Counted from the stretch's first letter, positions 45,225 through 53,207 are shown. The stretch: 64,000 nt of DNA from an uncultured Bacillales bacterium (GCA_902464635.1 CABQKC010000007.1:5772-69771), one strand, 5' to 3'. Program-made: numbers and translations. Notes: generated by a model not told the origin, from the sequence alone.

Positions 45225-45242
45225 TTACTTAATATTAAGTAA
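45225..45242. promoter_or_regulatory. Perfect 18-bp palindrome TTACTTAATATTAAGTAA (candidate operator) upstream of the cassette
   Basis: Read directly: the left half TTACTTAAT is the reverse complement of the right half ATTAAGTAA. The centre lies about 55 nt upstream of the 84-aa gene ATG. Confidence 0.5.
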
Positions 45243-45338
45243 GTTCTCGAATTATGAATTTATTCGATGTCATCGAGGATTTTCTTTAATGACGGCCATA
45301 TTCTAAAGGGTAAAAAAGCAAAAGAAAATAGTAATCTA

Positions 45339-45408
45339 GAGCGCGCATTATACGCCTAGAAAGATTGGTGCGCGCTTACTTGTACGCGCTTGCTTATGCA
45401 CGCGTATA
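45339..45408. other. Tandem GC-rich hairpins in an otherwise AT-rich spacer (structured RNA or protein-binding element; strand undetermined)
   Basis: AGCGCGCA (45340-47) pairs with TGCGCGCT (45369-76). TACGCG (45383-88) pairs with CGCGTA (45401-06). The block also contains the direct repeat GCGCGCTTACTTG / ACGCGCTTGCTTA. Confidence 0.35.
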
Positions 45409-45518
45409 TAAATATAGAATAAGGGCAAACTAACCTAATTATTCCAATTTGGTTGTAGATATTTACTAGAATCAATAAGAGTATCAATGACTCCATTTTC
45501 TAACATTTAAAAATTGTT

Positions 45519-45835
45519 TTAATCCAATGTCTTCCCGTCTATTGAAATCGTAGCAACTTGCCAAGGAATGAATTTAACACTTTTTTGCAAAGCCTTTTTA
45601 GCAACATTTTCAAGTTCACCACAACAAGGGGCTTCCATTCTGACTAAAGTCACGCTTTTGATGTCGTTATTCCTAATAATCTCAGTTAGTTTCTCTAAAC
45701 AATCGATCATATCAAACTTAGGACAACCAATAAGAGTATTTTCCCTTTCATAAATTCTTCATGCAAATTAGCATATGCATAGGCGACACAATCAGCTGTA
45801 ATCAATAATTTGACATTAGAAAAATAAGGGGCATT
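45519..45835 (-). pseudogene. Truncated and frameshifted remnant of an Fe-S protein gene (family with 'APYF...ADCVAYA...GCPKLD...MEVPCCGG' motifs)
   Basis: Frame A (45519-45758) encodes 'ERENTLIGCPKFDMIDCLEKL...VRMEAPCCGELENV...IPWQVATISIDGKTLD'. An upstream frame encodes 'NAPYFSNVKLLITADCVAYAYANLHEEFMKGKILL'. The two join only through a 1-nt frameshift near 45725-45735. The N-terminal ferredoxin-type part is absent. Confidence 0.6.
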
Positions 45836-46225
45836 TATGAAAAAACCGAAAGGCACTACTGAAAATATCTTTTTCTTAACCTATCCGTCATCTCTTTTGA
45901 TATAAGGCGTTCCACTTCCGAAACATTGATCTAACCATTTAGTTAATCACTATAACAATCAATCAAGTCGGTTGATTATGAATAATCTAAATGTGATATT
46001 TCTAATTATTGCTGCCTTTTTTATTGTAAGCAACTGACTTATTAACAATTAAAACATAAGTCATCAAAATAATGATTTAGCATTGGCAAAGTGCAATCTT
46101 ATCCTATGGCTCACCTTTAAAATCATTCCTTCTTGTTTCAGCGAAATAGCATTATTTTTTTGCAAAAACCTCTAAAATAAAACGCCCATTTTCGTGATGA
46201 GCGTTATAACGAAATATACTATTTT

Positions 46226-47944
46226 TTAGAAAACAAATTCCTGTTCGCAAGCATAAGCTTTATAACTGCCAATATCATCTTTGGTGAATTCCCCTTTATG
46301 GTACATTAAAGATAAATTCGAGGCAGTAAAATTAGCAGAAGCCCCAGAAGCTAAATCATCATAAATATACGTATATAAAGTCGCGTAATACTTACCATCT
46401 TTATCAAATACAATTATAGAAACAGTAATCAACTTTGACGATAATTCAGTATTGTTTGTAACTGATCCGCTGGCTTTAAATGAGCTAAGAGAATCATCAA
46501 TAAATGAAACATCGCTAATAGTATATCTGGTAGCGTTTGCCGTTGAAGCGTCTTTAATGGTTATATGAGGAATTCCAACCAAACCAGTTGTTACATCGCC
46601 AGAATACGAAACATCATCATATACATAGGTTGTTTCTCCTGGACGAATTAAATCTGGATAGCAATCAATATAGTCAACTTTTTGTTTAAGATTTCCGTTT
46701 GTATCTTCAATATCGATTGAACAACTACCAATATAAATGTTGACATTTCCATTATTTGTAACAGGCGTATAGACTTTCACACGTGTTTTTGACGAATAAC
46801 TATAAATCTCTACAACTGCGTCGCCTACTAAATAACTAAAATTCTTTTTTTCGATAACAGTTATAGCGCACGATGCAGTAAAGCCACCATCAATTGTCGT
46901 AGCAGTGACAATCGCAGTGCCCGACTTGACTGCAGTTATATTGCATCCTCCAGTAATAGTAGTAGAAATTGTTGCAACATTATTGTTATCAATGGACCAC
47001 GCTACATTAGAATTTGAAGCAGTATAGGGTGAAACAGATGCATAAATAGATTCACTTTTTCCTTCTTCTAAAACTAAAGCGGTGCTACCTAACGATACCC
47101 CTGTTACCGGAACATGAGTTACAGTAACGCTGCAAGTTGCGATGAAGCCACCATCAACTGTTGTTGCGGTAATAATTGCATTGCCATCACTAATGGCAGT
47201 AACTAAGCCAAAACTTGAAACTGTAGCAACCTTATCATTCGAAGTCGTCCATTTAATAGAAGTATTTGTAGCATTATATGGCGATACTGTTGCTACAAGC
47301 GATGAATAACTCCCGACTGATAGTTCTAATGTTTCATCACTTAAAGAGATTCCTGTTACTGCAATATTTGTTTTAGGAATCGTAACATCCTTGTATTGCG
47401 TCTTAAAAGCGGGATTATTAAATTTTGCAGTATATCTACCCATTCCAACGGAGTCAGTAGTTGGTTGCGTTATTACTGAATACGTCGAATCAACCGTTTC
47501 GTTTTCGACGTGATAAAGATTAATTGAGCAAGTTCTTTTTGCCGTACAAGAGTCATAGCCAAGACTCCATGTGTATGTAGGATCATTCCAATTATGAACA
47601 TGGTCTAATACCGGGATTGTTTCATCAGCGCGATATCGACAAATAGTGCAAATTCTATGTCTGGATCCTTTGCTTTCTTCAGTAGGCTGGAGATCTATAA
47701 CCCACCCACCGAATGTGTGTTCCGATTTGTCTTTAACTTCAGAAGTATGTTCACATGTCGTGGCATGCCAATGGTATGTTTCATCATAGCTCCATTTATC
47801 GAAAAATGTATGGACATGTGAGACTGCTTGGGTGCTGCCTTGGGTATCAGAACTACTATTAGGATTGTAATTACCAGTAGAGCATGAACTTAATGAAAAA
47901 CCTATTAAAAACATGCAAGTTGTTATCGATTTTATAAATCTCAT
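46226..47944 (-). CDS. Surface lipoprotein: His/Cys-rich N-terminal module, two Big_2 (bacterial Ig-like) domains, and a C-terminal beta-rich domain
   Basis: Lipobox 'SLSSCS'. The N-terminal module reads 'HTFGGWVIDLQPTEESKGSRHRICTICRY'. Two Big_2 repeats read 'VTGISLSDETLELSVG...IKWTTSNDKVATVSS.GLVTAISDGNAIITATT' and 'VTGVSLGSTALVLEEG...VAWSIDNNNVATIS...TAVKSGTAIVTATT'. Confidence 0.75.
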   Translation of the reverse strand: MRFIKSITTCMFLIGFSLSSCSTGNYNPNSSSDTQGSTQAVSHVHTFFDKWSYDETYHWHATTCEHTSEVKDKSEHTFGGWVIDLQPTEESKGSRHRICTICRYRADETIPVLDHVHNWNDPTYTWSLGYDSCTAKRTCSINLYHVENETVDSTYSVITQPTTDSVGMGRYTAKFNNPAFKTQYKDVTIPKTNIAVTGISLSDETLELSVGSYSSLVATVSPYNATNTSIKWTTSNDKVATVSSFGLVTAISDGNAIITATTVDGGFIATCSVTVTHVPVTGVSLGSTALVLEEGKSESIYASVSPYTASNSNVAWSIDNNNVATISTTITGGCNITAVKSGTAIVTATTIDGGFTASCAITVIEKKNFSYLVGDAVVEIYSYSSKTRVKVYTPVTNNGNVNIYIGSCSIDIEDTNGNLKQKVDYIDCYPDLIRPGETTYVYDDVSYSGDVTTGLVGIPHITIKDASTANATRYTISDVSFIDDSLSSFKASGSVTNNTELSSKLITVSIIVFDKDGKYYATLYTYIYDDLASGASANFTASNLSLMYHKGEFTKDDIGSYKAYACEQEFVF

Positions 47945-48148
47945 TTTTTACCCCCATTTTGTGGTTTCAAAACTTACGCTTTTTTTATTGCCACTATATT
48001 CTAAATGAAATGGATTTAATTTTAAAGAAGGAACAAAATGACGGAAAAACCCTTGCTTGACTGTTGCTTGATTGGGCCATTATGGTTAATTGCATCAAGG
48101 CACATAACCTTTAATGCAAAAATAAAACCCCCAAAACCTAGAGATTCT

Positions 48149-48253
48149 GGGATAGGCTTCAACCCAACCACTTATTAACCGCATATTGGTCAGCGGGATA
48201 CTTACAACTTAGCCATTTATATTCCGCATGCTAATCAGCGGGATACCTGCAAG
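48149..48253. repeat. Three degenerate tandem repeats of about 45 bp sharing a GGGATA(C/G)NT(T/A/G)CAA core
   Basis: The GGGATA cores start at 48149, 48195 and 48240. Units 2 and 3 are CCGCATATTGGTCAGCGGGATACTTACAA and CCGCATGCTAATCAGCGGGATACCTGCAA. They match at 22 of 29 positions, and each carries a CCGC...GCGG mini-hairpin. Confidence 0.5.
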
Positions 48254-48312
48254 AGATTTCTTGTATAGTTAGTATAACATTTTTAATGAAGAAATAGTGG
48301 AAAATCAAAATT

Positions 48313-48336
48313 CCAATTCGATTCAATTCGAATTGG
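48313..48336. repeat. Perfect 9-bp inverted repeat CCAATTCGA-TTCAAT-TCGAATTGG
   Basis: Read directly. It is followed by the palindrome GTTCGAAC (48336-48343). Confidence 0.5.
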
Positions 48337-48363
48337 TTCGAACAGAATGAAATTTACTCTTAC

Positions 48364-48384
48364 AAAAAAAGGGCGTCCTGCCCT
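48364..48384 (-). terminator. Second minus-strand terminator-like hairpin downstream of the tRNA pair
   Basis: Minus strand reads AGGGC-AGGAC-GCCCT followed by TTTTTTT. Confidence 0.45.
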
Positions 48385-48430
48385 TAATTGGTGAACCCAG
48401 TCCTTTCAGACAGCTCACTACTACAATATA

Positions 48431-48456
48431 AATAAAAACCCTATTTTGCAATAGGG
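48431..48456 (-). terminator. Rho-independent terminator of the tRNA-Ala/tRNA-Met unit
   Basis: Minus strand reads CCCTATT-GCAA-AATAGGG followed by TTTTTATT. Confidence 0.7.
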
Positions 48457-48467
48457 AATTAATCGAT

Positions 48468-48544
48468 TGGTGGCTGCGGGGGGACTCGAACCCTCGACAC
48501 ACCGGGTATGAGCCGATTGCTCTAACCAACTGGGCTACGCAGCC
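48468..48544 (-). tRNA. tRNA with CAU anticodon: elongator tRNA-Met most likely (not initiator; tRNA-Ile2/lysidine type not excluded)
   Basis: Reverse-complement parse: GGCTGCG TA GCCC AGTTGGTTA GAGC A ATCGG CTCATAC CCGGT GTGTC GAGGG TTCGAGT CCCCC CGCAGCC A CCA. The 1-72 pair is G-C, so it is not an initiator. There is one mismatch in the D-stem (C12-A23) and one in the T-stem (A50-C64). Confidence 0.75.
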
Positions 48545-48547
48545 ATA

Positions 48548-48623
48548 TGGTGGAACTTAACGGGATCGAACCGTCGACCTCATGCTTGCAAAGCACGCGC
48601 TCTCCCAGCTGAGCTAAAGTCCC
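48548..48623 (-). tRNA. tRNA-Ala (UGC anticodon)
   Basis: Reverse-complement parse: GGGACTT TA GCTC AGCTGGGA GAGC G CGTGC TTTGCAA GCATG AGGTC GACGG TTCGATC CCGTT AAGTTCC A CCA. The G3:U70 alanine identity pair is present. Confidence 0.9.
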
Positions 48624-48665
48624 AAACCGTTATAGACCTTATACCGTTTCAAAAACGGCTTTGCT

Positions 48666-48694
48666 ATTATAAGGCAAGGAAAGACACTTAACAA
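48666..48694 (-). promoter_or_regulatory. Sigma-70-type promoter for the tRNA-Ala/tRNA-Met unit
   Basis: Minus strand has TTGTTA (48689-94), a 17-nt spacer and TATAAT (48666-71), about 40 nt upstream of tRNA-Ala. Confidence 0.5.
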
Positions 48695-48752
48695 TAACCA
48701 AATTCACAAATTGATGCCATATTTGACCTAAATTCGCTTATAAAAATAATAT

Positions 48753-48787
48753 AAGGATAAAAGAAGGAAGGTTATTCGCCTTCCTTC
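48753..48787 (-). terminator. Terminator of the feo operon, overlapping the last stop codon
   Basis: Minus strand reads GAAGGAAGG-CGAATAA-CCTTCCTTC followed by TTTTATCC. Confidence 0.65.
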
Positions 48788-49020
48788 TTGGAATTAGTAT
48801 CGTTGCAGCAGCAACAACAATGCTTCTTCTCTTCTCTTTTTTTAGTGGCTTTATAATCCACTAACAAGGACTTTCCCTTATTAGAAGAGCAACCACAATT
48901 ACATCCACCGCTTTTCTTTTTGATTATTACATAAGTAGCGGCAAGGATTATAACAATAGCAACAACTACTAATATTACTATATCGATTACATTTATATTT
49001 TCTAATACTAATAGATTCAT
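48772..49020 (-). CDS. FeoB-associated Cys-rich small membrane protein
   Basis: 82 aa with one TM helix followed by 'GGCNCGCSS' and 'HCCCCCN'. It overlaps the feoB stop by 4 nt. Confidence 0.7.
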   Translation of the reverse strand: MNLLVLENINVIDIVILVVVAIVIILAATYVIIKKKSGGCNCGCSSNKGKSLLVDYKATKKREEKKHCCCCCNDTNSKKEGE

Positions 49021-51266
49021 GCAGCCATTGCCTCTTTCTTGGTTTTGTAACGGTCATAGAAATATAGCCCCACTCCGCCTAGAACAAGTAATGGTAATGT
49101 AATTCCTAAAGTCCAAACATAATCGACACTAATATAGCCAACTATACCCATGATATAGGATAAACCTAACCAGAATAAGACAGTGAATACGAATGTCTTA
49201 TGGTCTTTTAGCTCGCCTTTAGCAGTTGCAACAGAAGCAAAGCAAGGAATGGTAAGCATATTAAACAAGGCAAATCCAACTAAGCCACCTTTGGTTATTC
49301 CACTAGCAGCAGCAATATCTTCAAATGAACTTAATCCTAAGCCAGAAGCAAGGCTTTCGACTGTTGAAGTAACGTTTTCTTTAGCGACTATACCTTGGAT
49401 AGAAGCAACGGAGAATATCCATGAATATCCACCAGTTTGGGCACTTCCAAATCCAAGAGGAGTAAATATAGGAGCAATGAAGACACCAAGATCATGGAGA
49501 ATTGATTCATTTGGTTCGACCATTTCCCATTTCCAGGAGAAATTAGACAAGACCCAGATGATAACAGTAGATAAGAAGATGATGGTAAATGCCTTGATGA
49601 CAAAGTGCTTTCCCTTGTCATAGACATGTAAGGCCAAGGCTTTCGGGCTTGGGAGGTGATAGGCAGGTAATTCCATGATAAATGGAGGTACTTTCTCTCT
49701 TTGGCTAGTCTTAGTCATGACAATGACGGAAACAAGAGCAATAACAACGCCAAGTAGATATAGCATGAAGGTGAATAAGCCAGCATCAAGACCACCAGCT
49801 GCAGCAATAGCAGCAGCAATGATTACTAAGAATTCAGCTTTAGCGCCGCAAGTGAAGAATGGAATGACGCGGATGGTTTTTGTTCTTTCTTGGTCGGAAG
49901 AAAGGGTTCTTGTATTCATCATGGCAGGAACACCACATCCAAATCCCATGATCATAGGCAAGAATGCACGTCCAGAAACACCAAATCTACGTAATAATCT
50001 ATCTAATACGAAGGCGATTCTAGCCATATATCCGCTATCTTCTAGTAAGGAGAAGAAAGCAAATAGAAGCATGATTTGAGGTACAAATCCTAGAACAGCA
50101 CATACCCCACCTAGAACACCATCATATATTAAGCCAATTACCCAATCCGAAGCACCGGCACTAATTAATCCTTGCTTAATGCCAAGGGCAATGCAACCTA
50201 ATATACCGGTTTCCTGGTCGCCAGCTAATCTATGGAGGAATTCTCCGATAGAGACAATTCCAGCATCATCATAGAATAATCCGGCAAATGGACGGACTTC
50301 TTCTCCTCCGATATTGAATTTGATATATCCTAGATATCCTTCACCTAGATCTAATCCCATCGCATGCATGTAGAATAAGTCTCCAGCAAATACGATATGG
50401 AATATAGCAAACAAGATAACAATCATAATAGGCAAGGCAGCCCATTTGTTAGTCATTACCTTATCAATTTTATCTGATAAAGTAAGCTTTTCGCTTTCGT
50501 TTCTAGTCTTTTTGCCTTCAATGACTTTATTTACTAAAGGTGAGAGGAATTTATATCTTTCATCGGCAATAGAAGATTCATAATCAACCTTGTCCTCTTT
50601 AACTAAATCATTTACTTCGTTATAGGCGACTTTGTTTTCTTTTTCTTCTAATTCATCTTTTTCAAGGGCTTTAACCGCATGGAATAATGGAGAATCGATA
50701 TGATTATCTTCATAGACCTTCTTGGCTTTTTCTAAAGTTTCCTTAAATGGAAGGAAGGAAATCCCTTTTCTTTCTTTAGCTTTAGAAACTGCTTCCATTA
50801 ATTCGTCTAGACCTTTATTTCTTAAAGCAGAGATTGAAACGACCTTAACTCCAAGAGCTTTTTCTAGCTCCCTTGCATCAATTCGTTGGTCATTTTCAGC
50901 AACCGCATCAATCATGTTAAGGGCAACTACAACCGGAACATCCATTTCTAGGAGTTGGGTAGTCATATATAGATTACGCTCAAGATTAGTCGCATCGATG
51001 ACAGAAATTACTACATCAGGCTTTTCGTGTAAAATGAAATTCCTGGAAATAACTTCTTCAGGGCTATATGGAGATAAAGAATAGATACCTGGAAGGTCAG
51101 TAATCTTTATTTCTTCGCTACCCTTTTTCTTGTTTTTATAGACACCTTCCCTTTTTTCGACAGTGACTCCAGGCCAGTTGCCAGTATAGGCAGTCGACCC
51201 AGTCAAAGCGTTAAATAAAGTTGTCTTACCACAGTTTGGGTTACCTAGTAATGCTGCGTTAATCAT
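49017..51266 (-). CDS. feoB: Ferrous iron transporter FeoB
   Basis: 749 aa. The N-terminal G-domain has 'GNPNCGKTTLFNALTG' and 'DLPGIYSL'. A large polytopic C-terminal domain follows. Confidence 0.95.
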   Translation of the reverse strand: MINAALLGNPNCGKTTLFNALTGSTAYTGNWPGVTVEKREGVYKNKKKGSEEIKITDLPGIYSLSPYSPEEVISRNFILHEKPDVVISVIDATNLERNLYMTTQLLEMDVPVVVALNMIDAVAENDQRIDARELEKALGVKVVSISALRNKGLDELMEAVSKAKERKGISFLPFKETLEKAKKVYEDNHIDSPLFHAVKALEKDELEEKENKVAYNEVNDLVKEDKVDYESSIADERYKFLSPLVNKVIEGKKTRNESEKLTLSDKIDKVMTNKWAALPIMIVILFAIFHIVFAGDLFYMHAMGLDLGEGYLGYIKFNIGGEEVRPFAGLFYDDAGIVSIGEFLHRLAGDQETGILGCIALGIKQGLISAGASDWVIGLIYDGVLGGVCAVLGFVPQIMLLFAFFSLLEDSGYMARIAFVLDRLLRRFGVSGRAFLPMIMGFGCGVPAMMNTRTLSSDQERTKTIRVIPFFTCGAKAEFLVIIAAAIAAAGGLDAGLFTFMLYLLGVVIALVSVIVMTKTSQREKVPPFIMELPAYHLPSPKALALHVYDKGKHFVIKAFTIIFLSTVIIWVLSNFSWKWEMVEPNESILHDLGVFIAPIFTPLGFGSAQTGGYSWIFSVASIQGIVAKENVTSTVESLASGLGLSSFEDIAAASGITKGGLVGFALFNMLTIPCFASVATAKGELKDHKTFVFTVLFWLGLSYIMGIVGYISVDYVWTLGITLPLLVLGGVGLYFYDRYKTKKEAMAA

Positions 51267-51496
51267 TTATGGCTCCTTACTAGAACCGATTCAGCTTCGC
51301 TATGACGAAGAGAAAGTTCATAATTCCTAATAGTAATTTCAATAGGATCACCTAGAGGGGCTTTCTTTCTTACATAGATTTCAGCACCTGGGGTAATTCC
51401 CATGTCGAAGAGTCTTCTTTTTACCCTTCCTTCCCCTGCAATAGAGTCAACATAGACTGTTGTCCCGATTGGGGTTTCAGATAGTTTGTTATTCAT
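51263..51496 (-). CDS. feoA: FeoA-family protein (second copy)
   Basis: The start was moved to the internal ATG (MNNKLSETPIG...) because the ORF-track N-terminus overlaps the preceding feoA. The sequence 'VKRRLFDMGITPGAEIYV...GDPIEI' follows the FeoA SH3-like pattern. Confidence 0.75.
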   Translation of the reverse strand: MNNKLSETPIGTTVYVDSIAGEGRVKRRLFDMGITPGAEIYVRKKAPLGDPIEITIRNYELSLRHSEAESVLVRSHK

Positions 51497-51713
51497 GTTG
51501 AACCTCAACCTCAATGCCCATGGATACATTTCTATCTAGACCTAATCTAGATTCCTTGACATTGATAACCACTGCCCCATGTTCTTCTTGCAAAAGAAAA
51601 ATGGATTCACCCTTAACTAGGCCCAAAGAAGCAAGGTGTTTGGTACTCCTATCTTCTCCCCTAACTTTTACAATAGTTAGTTTCTTTCCGATTGGTGCAA
51701 ATGGTAATGGCAT
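51489..51713 (-). CDS. feoA: FeoA-family protein (first copy)
   Basis: 74 aa with 'KLTIVKVRGEDRSTKHLASLGLVKGESI'. Confidence 0.75.
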   Translation of the reverse strand: MPLPFAPIGKKLTIVKVRGEDRSTKHLASLGLVKGESIFLLQEEHGAVVINVKESRLGLDRNVSMGIEVEVQHE

Positions 51714-51794
51714 ATTTTGCCTCCTTTACGATGAAAAGTATAGTTAACTTAACATTCATGTCAAGAGGAAATTAATTAAACTTAACAATTAGGC

Positions 51795-51827
51795 AAAATA
51801 AAAGACCCTAGTCAGGAGGTACTAGGG
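51795..51827 (-). terminator. Rho-independent terminator after the isomerase-like gene
   Basis: Minus strand reads CCCTAGT-ACCTCCTG-ACTAGGG followed by TCTTTTATTT. Confidence 0.65.
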
Positions 51828-51845
51828 CCTTCAAAGGAGGTCGAA

Positions 51846-53207
51846 TTAGAAATAACGGATAACTAATTCCCTTGCATATTCAGCGGTTTCTTCCATGTCG
51901 CCGAATGCCATGACTTCACCAGCATAGTAAGTATGGTTCTTACCTTGCATAGCTTCAACTTTATCATACCATCCATCGGCATAATCTTTTGAACTTACAT
52001 GTGGGAAATAATACCAGTCATCGATTCTTTCGGTTGCCTTGACTGGTAGACCAGCCTTGGCCAAATCTGCAATAGTCGTCTTCTTAGCATCTTCGAATGG
52101 GACATCTTCGCATCCTTCATGGTTACGAAGAGTAAATGTTACGACTGGTTGATTGATAACTCCTGGCCACCTATGGTAGAAGACCATCAAGTGTCCCCTG
52201 GTTTCTGGAGTCATATTGGCAAAGAAGTAATAAGAGATATCTGGATCTGGAGTTGTACGGACTGCCATGGTGAAATATTCCTTATGGACAATCTTGGAGA
52301 ATAGTTCCTTTTCCTGTTCGGTTGGATCGCCATATTTCAAGAATAGTTCTAATGGGGTGCAGATGATGATATCATCGAATTCTTCGGTATCTTTGCCGTT
52401 TAGAGTTACCAAAACCTTATCTTCTTTTCTTTCAATCTTAGTAACTTCAGTATTTAGGATTGCTGGATGCTTTAGATGCTTATTGACACCTTCCCAAATG
52501 GATTGGGTACCATCTTTCCAAGTCCATAGTTTACCAACTGATAAGAATTGTCTAACTGTGAATCCATCTAGATACTTAAGAACATAAGCAGCTGGTATTT
52601 CATCAAAATAACCATAGCCGAATGAAGTGAATGGGCCTTTCCATACTGGAGCAGCTGCTTCACATTTATTCATCTTAAGGAATTCAGAGAAAGGCATTGA
52701 TAAATCCTTGAGGTTAGGATTTTTGCCTTTGACAATCTTTAGTTCTGGAGTAGTTGGTAAGGAACCATCATATTCCCCTTTTGCAACTCCTCTATGGCCA
52801 TTGACGTCATAGCCATAATATTTCTTCTTTAATAGCTTAGTCATCTTGTTTAGCTTTAGAAGCATATTGAGCTTTTCTGCTAAACCTTTTTTGAGCTCCT
52901 TGCCTTCGGTAGTCATGAATTTCCTACCCATGGCTGGTCCGCCAATATGACTTGCTCCGCCGAATTTTTCAGCCTCTGCGACTGCAAAATAGGTATCGCA
53001 ACCCATAACAGCACCCATTTCGATGGTTCTTTCTTCATCCATCTTTGGGCCCATCTTCATTTTTGGAGAGAAGCATTTCCCTCCGACACGATTTAATTTT
53101 TCATAGATGACGTAGTTGTCATAACCTTTCTTTTCAAGGTTCATGGCAACGGTTTGGCCTGCTGGGCCTCCACCGATAATACAAATTCTTTTATCTTTAT
53201 TTGCCAT
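51846..53207 (-). CDS. FAD-dependent enzyme homologous to Cutibacterium acnes polyenoic fatty-acid (linoleate) isomerase
   Basis: 453 aa with the FAD motif 'ICIIGGGPAGQTVA'. Long stretches match the recalled PAI sequence: 'FGYGYFDEIPAAYVLKYLD', 'LWTWKDGTQSIWEG', 'VFYHRW' and 'WYYFPHVSSKDYADGWYDKVEAMQGKNHTYYAGEVMAFG'. Confidence 0.6.
   Translation of the reverse strand: MANKDKRICIIGGGPAGQTVAMNLEKKGYDNYVIYEKLNRVGGKCFSPKMKMGPKMDEERTIEMGAVMGCDTYFAVAEAEKFGGASHIGGPAMGRKFMTTEGKELKKGLAEKLNMLLKLNKMTKLLKKKYYGYDVNGHRGVAKGEYDGSLPTTPELKIVKGKNPNLKDLSMPFSEFLKMNKCEAAAPVWKGPFTSFGYGYFDEIPAAYVLKYLDGFTVRQFLSVGKLWTWKDGTQSIWEGVNKHLKHPAILNTEVTKIERKEDKVLVTLNGKDTEEFDDIIICTPLELFLKYGDPTEQEKELFSKIVHKEYFTMAVRTTPDPDISYYFFANMTPETRGHLMVFYHRWPGVINQPVVTFTLRNHEGCEDVPFEDAKKTTIADLAKAGLPVKATERIDDWYYFPHVSSKDYADGWYDKVEAMQGKNHTYYAGEVMAFGDMEETAEYARELVIRYF

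Noticed and set aside
48149-48253. Possible CRISPR array, suggested by repeated units of about 29 nt.
   Set aside because: There are only three units and they are degenerate. The intervening 'spacers' are about 16 nt, and no cas genes lie in the window.
48323-48529. 68-aa minus-strand ORF ('MVRAIGSYPVCRGFESPRSHQ...').
   Set aside because: Its N-terminal part runs through the tRNA-Met gene, and it also crosses two terminator hairpins. It is an artefact of translating structured RNA sequence.
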